The notes: generated from the letters alone by a model not told the origin. A stretch of 62,709 bases of DNA, filler included, from Stramenopiles sp. TOSAG23-6 (GCA_900128565.1; 17 parts of 17 records of this genome joined end to end with filler, not necessarily neighbours in it), one strand, 5' to 3'; shown: positions 25,979 to 39,126, counted from the first letter of the whole stretch. A program made the numbers and translations.

Positions 25979-28159
25979 AATGTCGGTGATAATGGACGGG
26001 AAAGTAATTCTTCTCTGAACTTTAACTCTAAATTATGAGAACTTTCAATAGTTCTGTTTGTATTTTTTATAAACTCTTCCTGTAATTTTAGAAATACATC
26101 ATCCTCATTTTTATTTGAATCGTCGACGCTTTCAATTGGTAACAACGGTAAACTTTTTCGAGCAGATTTCCAAGAGTTAATGATATCATTGTATATATCA
26201 TCCAAATTCATTTTTTCAAGAACTGTCTTGCGGGTAATTTTTGATGTTAATCCTAACGACACCTCTTCAAACTTTTCGAATAGTTTTACATCAGGTTTTG
26301 TTAGTTTTCCTGCGATATGAAGTTCAGGGAAATTATTCATATTAAGTTCTACAAATTGGGATATTGTGAATGGTGGAATAAATTTTTTATCATATCCTTT
26401 ATCCCATTCGTAATCTTTACCGCTAATTAAATGAGACCCAGGAAATTGAACATGAGGGTAGTGTTGAATTTCATTATACCACCATGAGTATGTCATCATC
26501 GGCTGATGTAGGATTGTCAAGTCTGTTCTAAATCCTTCACAAAGTGTCAAGTAGCGGAGAACTGTCCATTGTAAGTCGTAAGTAGTTATTAGAAGGGAAC
26601 CCTGAGGAATATGCGAAACAAGAGCTTTTCCATATTCTTCAATATAATGAGCATTGCTCATATCTTGCTCTGGGTACCAGTAGTCTGTTTGGTATTTAAT
26701 CATGTATGCACCGACTCCAGCAATGATGAAGAGATAGAAGTACCAAATTTTGATTTTCAAAGATTCCTTCGATATCCATGAAGATAAGCTAAATTTGCAC
26801 AGAATATATTCAATTCTACAAACGTCAAAAAGTACATGAAGCCAAGCTGAAGCTCCGACCCCAAATGTAATGAAGATAATAACATTTGGTTGCATCCAAA
26901 ATCTCATATGAACGCCAAACAACAACCCTTGGGACAGTGGGATATTAGATAATGTATGGAAAATTATCAAGTAAAATGCCCAGGTGAATAATAGAATTTG
27001 TCCAATGGAATTTTGTGCTTTTGATAATTGTTTTTTTTGGGTGCTTTTAGATTCCCCTTTACGACCCCTGTCACGTAGTAATGTTTTTATTGAAGTGATT
27101 CTTTTTGAAACTACTTTTTTCCTATTAATATATGGACTATGAGGGATTTCTCCCATACCAAACTGCCACATAACCTTGAAACCTACAAAGATAAAAGGAA
27201 TACACAATGGTGAAGGCAACTCTCGTGTAAATAGATCAGAGAAATAATTAAATAACCTCTCCATTAAACCTGCGACCTTTTCATTTGCACGATTTCCAGA
27301 ATATAACTGAAGCGTTCCATAATCAGCACGGCGGAAATGATGGAAAAAACCACACGTATTGAGAAAAAATATTTTTTTTGTAAAATTTGTTAGGTACGAA
27401 ATTTCGTAGGAAAAAAAATAAATTCGAAATTCATAATGAAAACGTACTTATTGTTCCCGTATTTCCCCAACTAGATGGATTAGGAAAATATTTTTCAGCG
27501 ACTATTAGATATAAGTATGGAGTTAAACCAAGAAGATAGTAACCAGCTAGTCGCCAAAACAAAGCTTTAGTAAGTACCCGTTGATGAAACAAAATCCAAA
27601 GAAACCAGGAAATTAAAGGTATCTGAAACAGTACTGTTGTATGTTGGTTACACATTGCCAAACCACAACAAAATGAACCAAAAATAGCAACATTCGGATC
27701 ATTTTTCTTTGAAAATAAACATGTAAGATAGACAATCAAGGCTGCAAAAAAATTATTCATTGCAAACACTTCACTTGATATTGCGTACAACCAGACAAGT
27801 GGGGATATTGAATAGAGAATACCAGCCAGGGCGGCGACGACAATATTACCTCGTCTTGTATCACGGGTTAATAAATCAACACTTAGGAATACAAAAACAC
27901 CAGCTAATGAGGCAAAACAACATGACATCATATTTGATCGCCACGCTGGAGTACCACCTAACCATTCCATTCGCTTTGTAGCTATGTTGGATAACAATAT
28001 AAATAGTGGATATCCTGGAGGATGAGCAACACCAAGGCTACATGACTCTGCAACTAATTCACCACTATCACCTCCAGCAACAGTCGGATACACTGTCTGT
28101 ATGTATATTGACATTGGTATTGCAAACACAAGTGCAGAAACTGTTAGTAAAAGCATCAT
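25979..28159 (-). CDS. TMEM260: TMEM260, duplicate contig copy 4
   Basis: Same translation as copy 1. Confidence 0.9.
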
Positions 28160-28395
28160 AGATGCTTTTCCCGGTTTCGCTTGATCTTTCCTTTTTGAAA
28201 AGCTAAAGAGAGAGAGAAGAAGTCGCTGCTGTTGCTTGTTCCTAAAGATTTTTTGAACGATTTTGAATTTTGAGATTTATTTCGTGTTTTTTGAAGTTTG
28301 AAACTCGAACTGAACTCGCTCCTTCAGCTCTTATTTTATTTTTAAAACTTTTTTTATCTCCTCGATCTTTCGCTTTCGAGTGAGTGAGTGTGACT

Positions 28396-29581
28396 ATGAT
28401 ATCTTTTTCTATTCTCCTCGGTATAGTTGCAATCGCTACCGTGTGCATTATTTACGATCAATCTGAAAAAAATCAACATCGTCGTTTGGATATATCGTTA
28501 AATTCGGAATTGCGTCACCGACGTCTAGTTTCTTCAGTAGATGGTGACGCGTATGTATCTATGGATAGTGTTGGCTCTTGGGGAGGAAAGTGTACTTGCC
28601 CTAGTGGAGAAGTATTTGCAGTAGGAGATTTGAAACAATCGTGCAAAAATCTTGCATGCTTTGGCGGAACAACAACAACTCCAAAGTGTGACCCGGATAA
28701 GAAAACATCAGGAAATTGGAGTAAAAAGAGTGTTCACTGTGGTGGATCTCTTCACCTACAATATCTTCAGGATTCAGCTTTAACTATGAAAGATGCAGCG
28801 AGTGCAAGCTCTAGTAGCATCGACGTGATATATGATAATATGGAAGGCGCGGGAGGATATGGTGGAACTTGTCTTTGCCCTTCAGGAAAAGCTTACTTCG
28901 CTGGTGATGCAAATGGCAGCTCTTGCAAAGACATAATGTGCTTTGGTGGTGTTATGACAAGCTGTCAAAAATTTGAAAATACCTTATGGAAGAATAAAGG
29001 TGTTGCATGTAGCGCAATGATCAGTGGTACCGTGGGTGAAGCTGTAAAGAAACACGAATCTGCAAAAAAAATACTTAAAGCAGCACAAGTTGAATTTACA
29101 GAGGCAAGTGGAGGAACTACACAATGTGCTCAAGAAATCAGGGGCTATGACGATTGTATCTGTAAAGGTGGACAAATTAGGATGGGATATTCACATCGTT
29201 GGACTCACTGGATAAGAAGCGATCGAATGACATGCAACTTTGAAAATTGGCGAAAAGATCCTTATCAAGGTAAAGCAAAAATCTGTCAATGTAAAATAGA
29301 ACCAAAAGATGAAAAAACTATAGAAAACGCGAAGGATGCTTTAGTTACAGCAACGACAAATGAAAATGACACGAAAATTGTAAGAGAAAAAATGGTAAAA
29401 GATGATAAAGAGAAAAAGTCGCTGTTTAAGATAGCACTGGAAACTTCACCTAATAATTATAAAGAAGCTTACAATGATTTGTTGGCAGCTAAAGCAATAG
29501 CTGATGCAAAAGCTGAAGCAGATGCAAAAGCAAAAGCTGAAGCAGATGCTAAAGCAAAAGCTGAAGCAGATGCTAAAGCAA
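28396..29581 (+). CDS. Cys-rich AKAEADAK protein, copy 4
   Basis: Same translation as copy 1. Confidence 0.75.
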
Positions 29582-29681
29582 NNNNNNNNNNNNNNNNNNN
29601 NNNNNNNNNNNNNNNNNNNNNNNNNTTAATTAATTAANNNNNNNNNNNNNNNNNNNNNNNNNNNNNNNNNNNNNNNNNNNN

Positions 29682-32600
29682 GATTCTTTTCATGATCGTT
29701 GGGCTAATCCTGATTACAGAGAAAATGAGATTAGACGGATTACACGAAATCGTGAAGTCCCCGCTTGGAGTGATACAAATGACTATACCACAAATGAAAA
29801 TAATACCATACAAAATTCAAACTTTGACAATTTATTTGGTGATGGTTTTCTTGATGATTTGTCTATAGATGGAGATAATGAGAGTAATGATGAATATAGT
29901 GATTATAGTGACGAAAACGAGTCTAGCCCTAACTCTAATGAAGAAACCACAAAAGATACAGAAGAAACAAAAGAAACAAAAGAAACAAAAGAAACAAAAG
30001 AAACAAAAGAAGAAGAAAGTGAAAATGAAGAAAACGTAGATTCAAATACATACGATTCGCTTTCTATTGACGAATTATTAGCTACGAAATTTGGTACGGA
30101 TTCAATTTCTAATGTTCAAAGTACATCTTCTCTCAAATTAGATACAAAGATACAAAAATTGAATAAAAAAACACAAAAATCGAATGTAAAAAACAGTTGG
30201 GCAATTCATGAGACGTTGAAAGATATTTCAAATTTCTATGAACTTATACCGAATTTAGCGTACAAACCCCCGTTTGAAATGGATAGATTTCAAAAACAAG
30301 CAGTTATTCATTTAGAACGTGGCGAATGCGTGTTTATTGCTGCGCATACTTCTGCTGGTAAAACTTTGATTGCTGAGTATGCGCTCTCTTTATCACGTCA
30401 GCATTTGTCGCGTGCTGTGTATACTTCACCCATTAAAGCATTGTCTAATCAAAAGTATAGAGATTTCAATGAAAAGTTTGGTGACATTGGACTTATTACA
30501 GGTGATGTATCAATCAATCCTACTGCTTCTTGTCTTATTATGACTACTGAGATTTTACGATCTATGTTGTATCGTGGTGCTGATATCATTAGAGATATCG
30601 AATGGGTAATTTTTGATGAGGTTCATTATGTAAATGATAGCGACCGTGGAGTCGTTTGGGAGGAAGTCATAATCATGCTTCCAGATCACGTTAATTTAAT
30701 ATTTCTATCTGCAACGACGCCAAATCATTTTGAATTTGCTGATTGGGTTGGAAGAACAAAATTAAAGAATGTGTATGTAATTTCAACCACTCAAAGACCT
30801 GTACCATTAGAGCATTATTTGTTTGTTGGTGGGGGGAGTGGTAAGTCTTCTACTGGTAAAAATAAGTGTAAATTGCATAAAGTTATGAATTCTAAAAATG
30901 GATTTTTATTACCTGGGTACAAAGCTGCTGCTGCCGTGTTAAAAGGAGAAGAAAAAAAAGCAGAAGTAAAAGCTTTAGCAAAGGGAAGAGGTAGAGGTAG
31001 AGGTAGACAGAGCCATCGTGGAAAGCATCGCTCGGCTGGAGGTAAATCAGAATCTTTTTTATTTCGTGATTTTGTACAATTATTAGAAAAAGATTCGTTG
31101 TTACCTTGTGTTATTTTTACATTTTCAAAAAAACGTTGTGAGGTTTGTGCATATGGAATGGGTACAATTGATTTGAATTCAAAAAATGAAAAGAGTAAAA
31201 TCAAAGTATTTATGAACAAAGCTCTGAGTCGCCTTCAAGGTTCAGATCGTGATTTGTACGTTTTAGTTTTTTTCAATTTTTATCTACATTTGTTTTCGTA
31301 CGAAATTTCGTACCTAACGATTTTTTTTTTTTTAAAGAAAATATTTTTCCACAATATATGCCTCAAGTAATTCGACTTTCTGAATTATTACAAAGAGGTA
31401 TTGGTATTCACCATGGTGGATTGTTACCTATCTTAAAAGAATGTGTGGAAATGTTATTTAGTTCTGGTCTCGTTAAAATATTGTTTGCGACAGAAACATT
31501 TGCCATGGGAGTCAATATGCCTGCGCGTGCAGTTGCTTTCAATGGTACTCGCAAACATGATGGAAATGGATTTCGTGAATTATTACCTGGTGAATATACA
31601 CAAATGGCCGGTAGGGCTGGGCGTCGGGGACTAGATAATGTTGGTACTGTTATAATACTTGCTTGGAATGAAATTCCAGCTGTAGCTCCTCTTCACTTAA
31701 TGCTGAAAGGATCAGCTACAAAATTAGAATCAAAATTTCGATTAACGTATACAATGATACTAAATTTGTTGCGTGTCGATGAAATGTCAGTAGAAGATAT
31801 GATGAAACGATCATTTTCGGAGGTGAAAACTCAAAAGGTTTTAGGATGCCGAAATTTACCTTCTGTTCTTTTTGCTGTAGAAAATAAAATCGAACAAACG
31901 TCGTCGAAATTAGAAATTGAAATGAAAAAAGTGTGTGGCATGTGTATACCCGGTACACTTACAAATAAAGATATTTTAGAATATTTGGATATGCAGCAAG
32001 ATATCGAAAATCTGTCTATTGATATCATGGAAGCTCTCTCATCTGATTCAAGTGCAAAGAAGGCATTTTGTCGCGGGCGTGTTTTTCTCTTTCGTAAAAA
32101 TATTTTTCCATTTTTGAGTTGTGGTGAAACGACAGTCCATCGAATTGGAATAATTTTAGGTACAAAAAAAAATTGTACATTATTAAGTGTAATTGTTTTG
32201 TGTCCTTTGGAATTTAATGCCACGTATCATCAAAATGAAAATACGAATCAAATACCATTAGAATTCAATGCCACGTGTCATCAAACTTCATCTGGGAGAA
32301 TTTTATTAGAAGTAGATATTAGAATTCGTTCTGTGTTTTACCTTTGTAAAAAGAAATTATCATTAGGTCAAAAGACACTCGGAAAGAAGAATGAAAAAGA
32401 TATATCTGGTATGTCTCAGTTTTTAAGTGCATTTGATACAAAACAAATACCAATCAAGTACGTTTTTAAACATTAAATATTTCCAAAAAAAAATTCGTTA
32501 GGTACAAAATTTCGTACGAAACATTTTGTACCTAAAACTTTTTTTTTTCAAAACAGTTTGTACCTAACAAATTATTTGAAGAAAATATTTTTTACAAAAC

Positions 32601-33224
32601 ATGCATCGCTCTGTTGAGGGGGATGATTTACAAGAATTATCTTTAACCAAAGATCTTAAAGTAAAAGCAATAGATTTAGTTCAAGCATCAAGACGAGTCA
32701 ATCAAATGAATGAACAAATAAGTTTGTCATTTTGTTCCACTTTGCCAACATCTTTGATTGATCGCATGAAAAAGTTAGCGACAGTACAATCAAAACTCCA
32801 ACAAAAAGTAACAAAATTAAAGCAAATTTTGTCAAACGAAAATTTATTTCTTTTTGCAGATTTTCAAAAACGACTTTCGGTGCTGAAAAAACTTGGTTAT
32901 ATTGATGCTAAGGAAAACTCAATGAAACTTAAAGGTAGAGTTGCCTCAGAAGTAAATACTATGGACGAACTTATTCTTACTGAATTAGTATTTGAGAATA
33001 TTTTAGGTGAATTGGATCCTGCTGAAGCTGCTGCATTATTGAGTGCTGGTGTTTTCCAGCGAAAGACAAATGATGAACCAGTATTACCCGCTAGCTTATT
33101 AGATGCAAAGAATAAAGCATTATCGATTGCTCATGGTCTTGGTGTAGCTCAAATGGAGGCTGGCTTAGATATTTTACCTGATGATTATGCTCGTAATTCA
33201 CTAAAATTTGGATTGATGGAAGTT
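29682..33224 (+). CDS. SKI2: Ski2-like DExH RNA helicase, partial; exons 29682-31255, 31360-32457, 32603-33224
   Basis: AHTSAGKT, YTSPIKALSNQKY, FDEVHY, LSAT, HHGGLLPILKE, ATETFAMGVNMPAR, QMAGRAGRRGLD, KGRVA, FGLMEV. GT-AT introns restore DRDLPQV. Confidence 0.95.
31256..31359 (+). other. Representative non-canonical GT-AT family intron (SKI2 intron)
   Basis: GTACGT...TTCGTACGAAATTTCGTACCTAAC...AAATATTTTTCCACAATATAT; removal gives gat tt|g cct caa = D-L-P-Q. Confidence 0.85.
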
Positions 33225-33379
33225 GTATGTTTTATTTTTTTTTCAATTTCGAATTTATTTTTTTTCGTACGAAATTTTGNNNNNNNNNNNNNNNNNNNNN
33301 NNNNNNNNNNNNNNNNNNNNNNNTTAATTAATTAANNNNNNNNNNNNNNNNNNNNNNNNNNNNNNNNNNNNNNNNNNNN

Positions 33380-34798
33380 ACTTTCATCAATACTTTCATA
33401 CGAGCATTTAACTTTGACATTCTCATCACANAAACGAAGACTCAAGATGTAGTGTACCAAAGCTCCCACTGGAATGAGTAATAACAGAAAAGCAAAAGCC
33501 ATAAAAATCTTTTGCTTGGACATTTTTCCATCATCCTTTGGAATATTTTGTTTAGGGTTAGGGTTGTCTTTAGGGTTAGGGTTTGTTCCTTTGTCTTTAC
33601 TTGTTTCGTTTAGTTTTATAACCCGCCGCGCATGATTCAAATTCTTGGTGATCTTATCCAATGATGTAACAAATGCATTTGCATTATACATTACAGCACC
33701 ATAACAAAGTATATCCTCAATCACAGATCCATATTTATCCTTGTCAATTAAATACGTACTTACTTCAACTGATATAGGCAGGGATACAGCTACAACAGCA
33801 GATATCAATAATTGATATATGGAATAATGCATTTGCGTTGCCATTGATAAAAAGTACCGCTCATCATATGGCATATTTTCTTCATCGGTAGTTTCATTTT
33901 CTCCATCGGAAGTTTCATTTTCTCCATCCATAGTTCCATGTACCCCACCAATAGTCGTATTTTCATCATTCATAGCTGCTTCTAACCTCAAAAGTTCTTC
34001 ATTATGTTCCATTGTACTCATTGTTGATAGAATTGAAAGAATAGTCATAATAATTACTAACCATAAAAGATATAGCATAAATTCCCATTTTCGAAAATAC
34101 TCAAAAACCAACAAGGTTATAGTTACAACAACAGATTGTACACAATGGGGAAAGAGATAAAAACATGTGTATTCTGTTTTGTCAATATCTTCCCCTATGA
34201 AAACATTTGTACTTTCGTCGCTTTCTTTTAAAAGTTTTGCCTTGAAGTGTAATTTATATTTTTGCCCGCAATGATATAACCAGTGTTGATAGAGAACTTG
34301 TACGACAACAACTGAAAAAAAGAACAGAAAAATGTATGAAATGAGAGGCGTAGCTTCTATTTGACCTTGGAATTCTAAGTTTCCACTAACAAGTTCTTTG
34401 TGTAGCAAGTCAGCAAAAATAATACCAACTGGCCAAAATGGAGCATATAAAACCATATTTAAAAATACAATTAGTAAATCGATTGTGCGCAAGGCGTTTG
34501 TTGGCCAGATAACATTCTTGTATGTTGACCATAAAATATATCCTTCACTCTGCTCTGGCGGATGATCTGACGATGATTTTTCATTTTGGGCCATTCCATT
34601 TGATTCTGGTCCTTTGTCTTGTGAAGGCATAGCAATAGCAATAGGGTTTGCTCTTACGTTATCTTCCGCGGCGATGATGAAGTTCGCGATGGTGCGTGGT
34701 TTTTTGGTCGCCGTGCTGACTTCTTCTGCCTTTGTTTCATCGTCCGTTTCGTCATTTCTCCTATTCGAACGGTGACTAGCAAGTTCAAAAAGATACAT
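33380..34798 (-). CDS. Multi-pass membrane protein, 3'-truncated; faint resemblance to an ABC transmembrane domain
   Basis: Long intronless ORF with about 7 hydrophobic segments and internal DGENETS/T and NPNPK repeats; family not firmly recognised. Confidence 0.6.
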
Positions 34799-35066
34799 AC
34801 TTCTTTTAAAATGGGATATTTGTTACGGTCATATGGTATTTTTGACAAATAAATCCTGTAGTAAATATATATATGTATCAAATTTCATGTAGTAAAATTA
34901 GTAAATGAAGGATTATTTCATGAACTTTTGAGAGCAATAAAAAGAGGACACAAAAAGAATAGCACCAAAAAGAAAACACAAAAAAAAACAAAAAGAAAAC
35001 ACAAAGAAGAGCTTTACATTCGTCATATGAAAATTAATGCACATTGAGTGTCATTAATAGACATGG

Positions 35067-35175
35067 AATTGTACGTAGAATTTCACCAACAACTGTAGAA
35101 TTGTATGTAGAACGTCATCAACAACTGTAAAATTGTATGTAGAACGTCACCATTAAATGTAGAGTGTATGTAGAC
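35067..35175. repeat. Degenerate ~32 bp tandem repeat (AATTGTATGTAGAACGTCACCAACAACTGTAG), about 3.5 units
   Basis: Directly visible head-to-tail units with no unique spacers. Confidence 0.75.
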
Positions 35176-36112
35176 TTTGACAAATATTTGCTTCATAAAC
35201 ATAGAACTGCATAAAGTAATCTTTTGCGCTATTATCCAAAGCGTCAATTTATAAGTGAACTTCTTTTCTACAATGACGTGTTAACGTTGTGTAAATACAC
35301 TATAGGAGTTGAATAGTAGATGATGCTTCAGCATCCCCTGCGACAAATAACAGTGGCTTTTGCGATAGTAATTGCCTTACAATCGTCAAAAACGAACTCA
35401 CTTACTTTCCAATATAAACTCATGAGTTTACAAACTCATTACCAATGAACACAATATTTACGCTAACTTATGAGCGTCTTTGAAATATTTAAAACACAAA
35501 GCGATCGTATATCATATAGTTTACGCTTAATCGTTTTGATTGAACAACCACTAAAACTTATCAAATACACTTCCTTTCTACAAACATCCCCGAACGCATA
35601 AATTACGAAAACAGCAATTGAAAACTTGAAAACTTGGTTTAAAACCACAATTAACTACATCCCTCCAAATAATTATAGAGGGAAAGGATAAAGACAAAAC
35701 ATGTATAAATATTTACTTACCAAAGAAGATTTGAGGAAATTATAAAGAACAATTCAAATTCAAATTCCGTATCCTTTCGAATCCAAACCCTTTTCGAATA
35801 TCCTTTCGACCCTTTTCGAATTCAAAATTTCAAATCCTTTTTTTTCAAATGATGCATCGATGCGTTTGGTGAACCGGGTATCGATAAACTTTAAAATGAC
35901 GTCATAAAACACTGTAGCTTCTACAACGTGTGTTGATTATTATCATTTCAATTTTAATAATCATCAAAGTCAACACAATTAATGTGAAATTTTTTACTAA
36001 AGTGTTGGAACTATACTATNGNAAAAAAAATTGGAAATTTTCAAACAAGTTGTGATAAAACACGAAATTATCTACAATAAAAAATATTATTCAAAATCAT
36101 TTTTATTTTGTT

Positions 36113-36910
36113 TTATAATTTAGGTAATGATTTTTGTATATGTTTCATCCGATTTTGTTTTCTTCTGATTTGACGTCTTTTATAAATATTTTCATCTTCT
36201 TTTGTTTTCGTACCAAATTTTGTACTTAACAAATTTCGAATATTTTCATTTGAAATTATATTTTTTTCTTGTTTTTTTGTAGCATTTGGCAATTTTGAAA
36301 TTGATTTTTTTTTATTAGAAAATGTTGTACCTAATGAATTTCTAATTTGTTGAGTGTCTTTTATATTTCTATAGACTGGAGCTGAGTGAATTGATCTTCT
36401 TTCTGTTTCATTATTTTTTGTCACAAACCTGTTGGAATAAATTATTGATGATGATGACGTCACATTTGGTAAAGTGAAACGTTCATTTTTTTTTTGTTTC
36501 TGTGGTTTCTGTGTATAACTTGTTGAAGATCTATGATTTAACCCTAACCCTAGTAGCCCCTTTTTCATATCAAATTTTGGAGGTAAAAAATGTCGATTTT
36601 GTTGAGCATTTTTTAACCCTAACCCTAACCCAGGTAAAATTGTAGTACATGTTTTTGTATCCGTCGAAGATCTATTAGGGTTAGGGTTTAAATCTCTACC
36701 AAATTTTGTACCTAAAGAATGTCCAACAAAAGATTTTTTTTTACTTTCATTATTGTCATGAAAATCTCTACCAAATTTCGTACCTAAAGAATTTTTTTTA
36801 TACTTTTGTACCTTTTTTAATTTTAATGGTCTCAATCTGACATGGCTAGAGTTAGTAGGGTTAGGGTTATATTGATCATCAATTGTTGTAGTGACAAATT
36901 GTTGCTCAAT
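36113..36910 (-). CDS. 3' part of Lys/Asn-rich low-complexity protein with repeated SLGTKFG and NPNP/GLGL motifs
   Basis: 240+ aa open frame next to a contig end; no homology recognised. Confidence 0.45.
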   Translation of the reverse strand: MEQQFVTTTIDDQYNPNPTNSSHVRLRPLKLKKVQKYKKNSLGTKFGRDFHDNNESKKKSFVGHSLGTKFGRDLNPNPNRSSTDTKTCTTILPGLGLGLKNAQQNRHFLPPKFDMKKGLLGLGLNHRSSTSYTQKPQKQKKNERFTLPNVTSSSSIIYSNRFVTKNNETERRSIHSAPVYRNIKDTQQIRNSLGTTFSNKKKSISKLPNATKKQEKNIISNENIRNLLSTKFGTKTKEDENIYKRRQIRRKQNRMKHIQKSLPKL

Positions 36911-36917
36911 CTTTTTT

Positions 36918-36966
<49 letters not shown>

Positions 36967-37066
36967 NNNNNNNNNNNNNNNNNNNNNNNNNNNNNNNNNN
37001 NNNNNNNNNNTTAATTAATTAANNNNNNNNNNNNNNNNNNNNNNNNNNNNNNNNNNNNNNNNNNNN

Positions 37067-39126
37067 TAGGTTGTGAGTCACTTCCACCACCGTCAGCACT
37101 AGGTTGTGAGTCACTTCCACCGCCACCCCTATCAATACCATGCAATGCAAAAGTAGAGGGATGGTGAATCGCATCTAGTCCAAAGAATCCTCGTTTCCCT
37201 CGTCGTGGCTTTGTTCTTTTGCCTCTATACCCCCTCTGTCCAGAAATTCCGTTCAAAGCAAAATTCGACGGGCTATGTATAGCATCCAATCCAAAGAAGT
37301 GTCGCGCTTTTCTCGCTGCTTTCCCATTTCGTCCTCTTTTCCCAGGACGCCCACGTGCACCATCTCTTCCATCACGTCCTGGTTTCCCTTGAATACCTCG
37401 AGTCCCAGCAACACCGCTTTTTCCATCACGTCCTGGTTTCCCTTGAATTCCTCGCGCCCCATCAACACCACTTTTCCCATCACGACCAGGTTTCCCTTGA
37501 ATACCTCGAGCTCCTGTTTCACCCCGTACACCAGAAGGTCCTTGTTCTCCACGTGGTCCCTGTTTGCCTTGCATACCAGCAGGGCCTCTCTTACCAACTA
37601 TTGTTTGTCCTGGAGGACCGGTTGGTCCTACTACAGTATCTCCCTTTGCTCCACGTCGACCACGACGTCCACGACTCCCGCGACCTCCAACAGGCCCCAC
37701 AGGACCTGTAGCACCTCTCGGACCTGTCGCTCCAGCTCGGCCTACATGTCCGTCTTCGCCATTCAAACCGTCACGACCATCACGACCTCGAGCACCTGTT
37801 TCACCTTTTACACCAGCAGTTCCTTGTTCTCCACGCTCACCTTTCTCACCTTTCAAACCTTGAAGGCCCCTATCACCTTTAAATCCCATTTGACCTTGAA
37901 CACCGCGAGGTCTTATAATGTTTGTCTGATAATATTCAATTGTTTTTGTTAGGTAAAACATTTTCATAGTAAAAAAGAAACAAATTGAAATGTTTAAAAT
38001 GTTTGAAATTTCATATATATATTTGTGTCGTCAATAATTTGGAAAGAAAAAGAAAAAGTGAATGCAGTAACATATCTTGAGGTCCACGGGCACCAGTTTC
38101 CCCTGGACTACCATCCATTCCTGGCGCTCCTCTCTGACCCTCTTTGCCATCAGCTCCAGTTAGTCCTCTACTTCCTGTAGCTCCAGTAGCTCCATCGGCG
38201 CCTCTTTTTCCGATTCCAACATCACCTTTTTCGCCTTTGTCCCCTTTTTCGCCTTTAGCACCATCTTTTCCATCTTTTCCTTTCAATGGATTGATTATCT
38301 CAGGTAAAAAGCAGCATGTCGAGTCTTTGGCTAATTCCCAACCACCAATATTTGGACATTCATTCGGAAATTCTTGACAACGTTCGACCTCGCCGACTAA
38401 GCTTCCACCGCTATTAAATACTTTAGCGCAGCACGCAACACCTCGAACAATCTGAAGATTATCCTCACAACAGTCTTCATTTACCTCTGTCCATCCATTT
38501 TGACAACCAGTAGCAAAAAATTTATATAGAGAATCTGGACTTTTGTTATCATACCTGCAGCACGCCGGACCATGCTTTTCTTCTATTACTCTTTCACAGC
38601 ATTCAGGGTCTACAGGAAACCATGTATCTGGACACCCATTATCAAATTCAGCATCAAAGATTTTGCATTTTTTCTCCGTATCATCTATTCCTCCTCCACA
38701 GCATGTTTTCCCACCTTTTGGAGGTGTAGGAATACTAGATGGATCTGAAGCAAGCGAAGGTGCCGGAGTAATTGTTTCAATATCTTTATCAACAACTTTT
38801 TTTGTACCGTCGGGGCAACATTTTCCATTGATAGATTTACAATTACTCTTTCTAGGAGTTGCACAAGCTTCACATGTCCACGGTTCACATTGCATGTTAG
38901 GTGGATGTGGAGGAAGACGTCCTAATAATTTAGATATCTGAGGATCACTATAGTTGATATCATCGATTGAATTTGATATTGGCGGTCGATTGAATCCATA
39001 AAAAGGAAATGGCAATTGATTGTATGACATACCATTTGCTGCTTCTAGTACATGGACTTTGTATAAAATAATCAATACAAAGATAGACATTTCATGTATA
39101 AAATGAGACATTGAGGCTACATTCAC
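37067..39126 (-). CDS. Secreted collagen-like protein: signal peptide, Cys-Cys-rich repeats, long Gly-X-Y domain; exons 38076-~39111 and 37067-37912
   Basis: More than 70 Gly-X-Y triplets and an N-terminal hydrophobic segment ending VLEA. The Gly register is restored by intron 37913-38075. Confidence 0.85.
37913..38075 (-). other. AT-AA intron in the collagen-like gene
   Basis: caa g|ATATGT...TTTACCTAAC...CATTATAA|ga cct is the local junction that keeps Gly-X-Y. Confidence 0.75.

Larger units (their letters stand above)
14870..29581. repeat. Four copies of one 3.6 kb contig (period 3703 including linker); assembly redundancy
   Basis: Identical start and end points, identical ORFs, each copy separated by the artificial linker. 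Confidence 0.95.

Noticed and set aside
14870-29581. Tandem amplification of the TMEM260 locus
   Set aside because: Copies have identical ends and are separated by artificial linkers; this is redundant contig output, not a tandem array.
35067-35175. CRISPR-like array
   Set aside because: Units are head-to-tail with no unique spacers, no cas genes are present, and the context is eukaryotic.
37253-38377. Overlapping antisense and alternative-frame ORFs over the collagen gene
   Set aside because: They are shadows of GC-rich Gly-X-Y codon periodicity.
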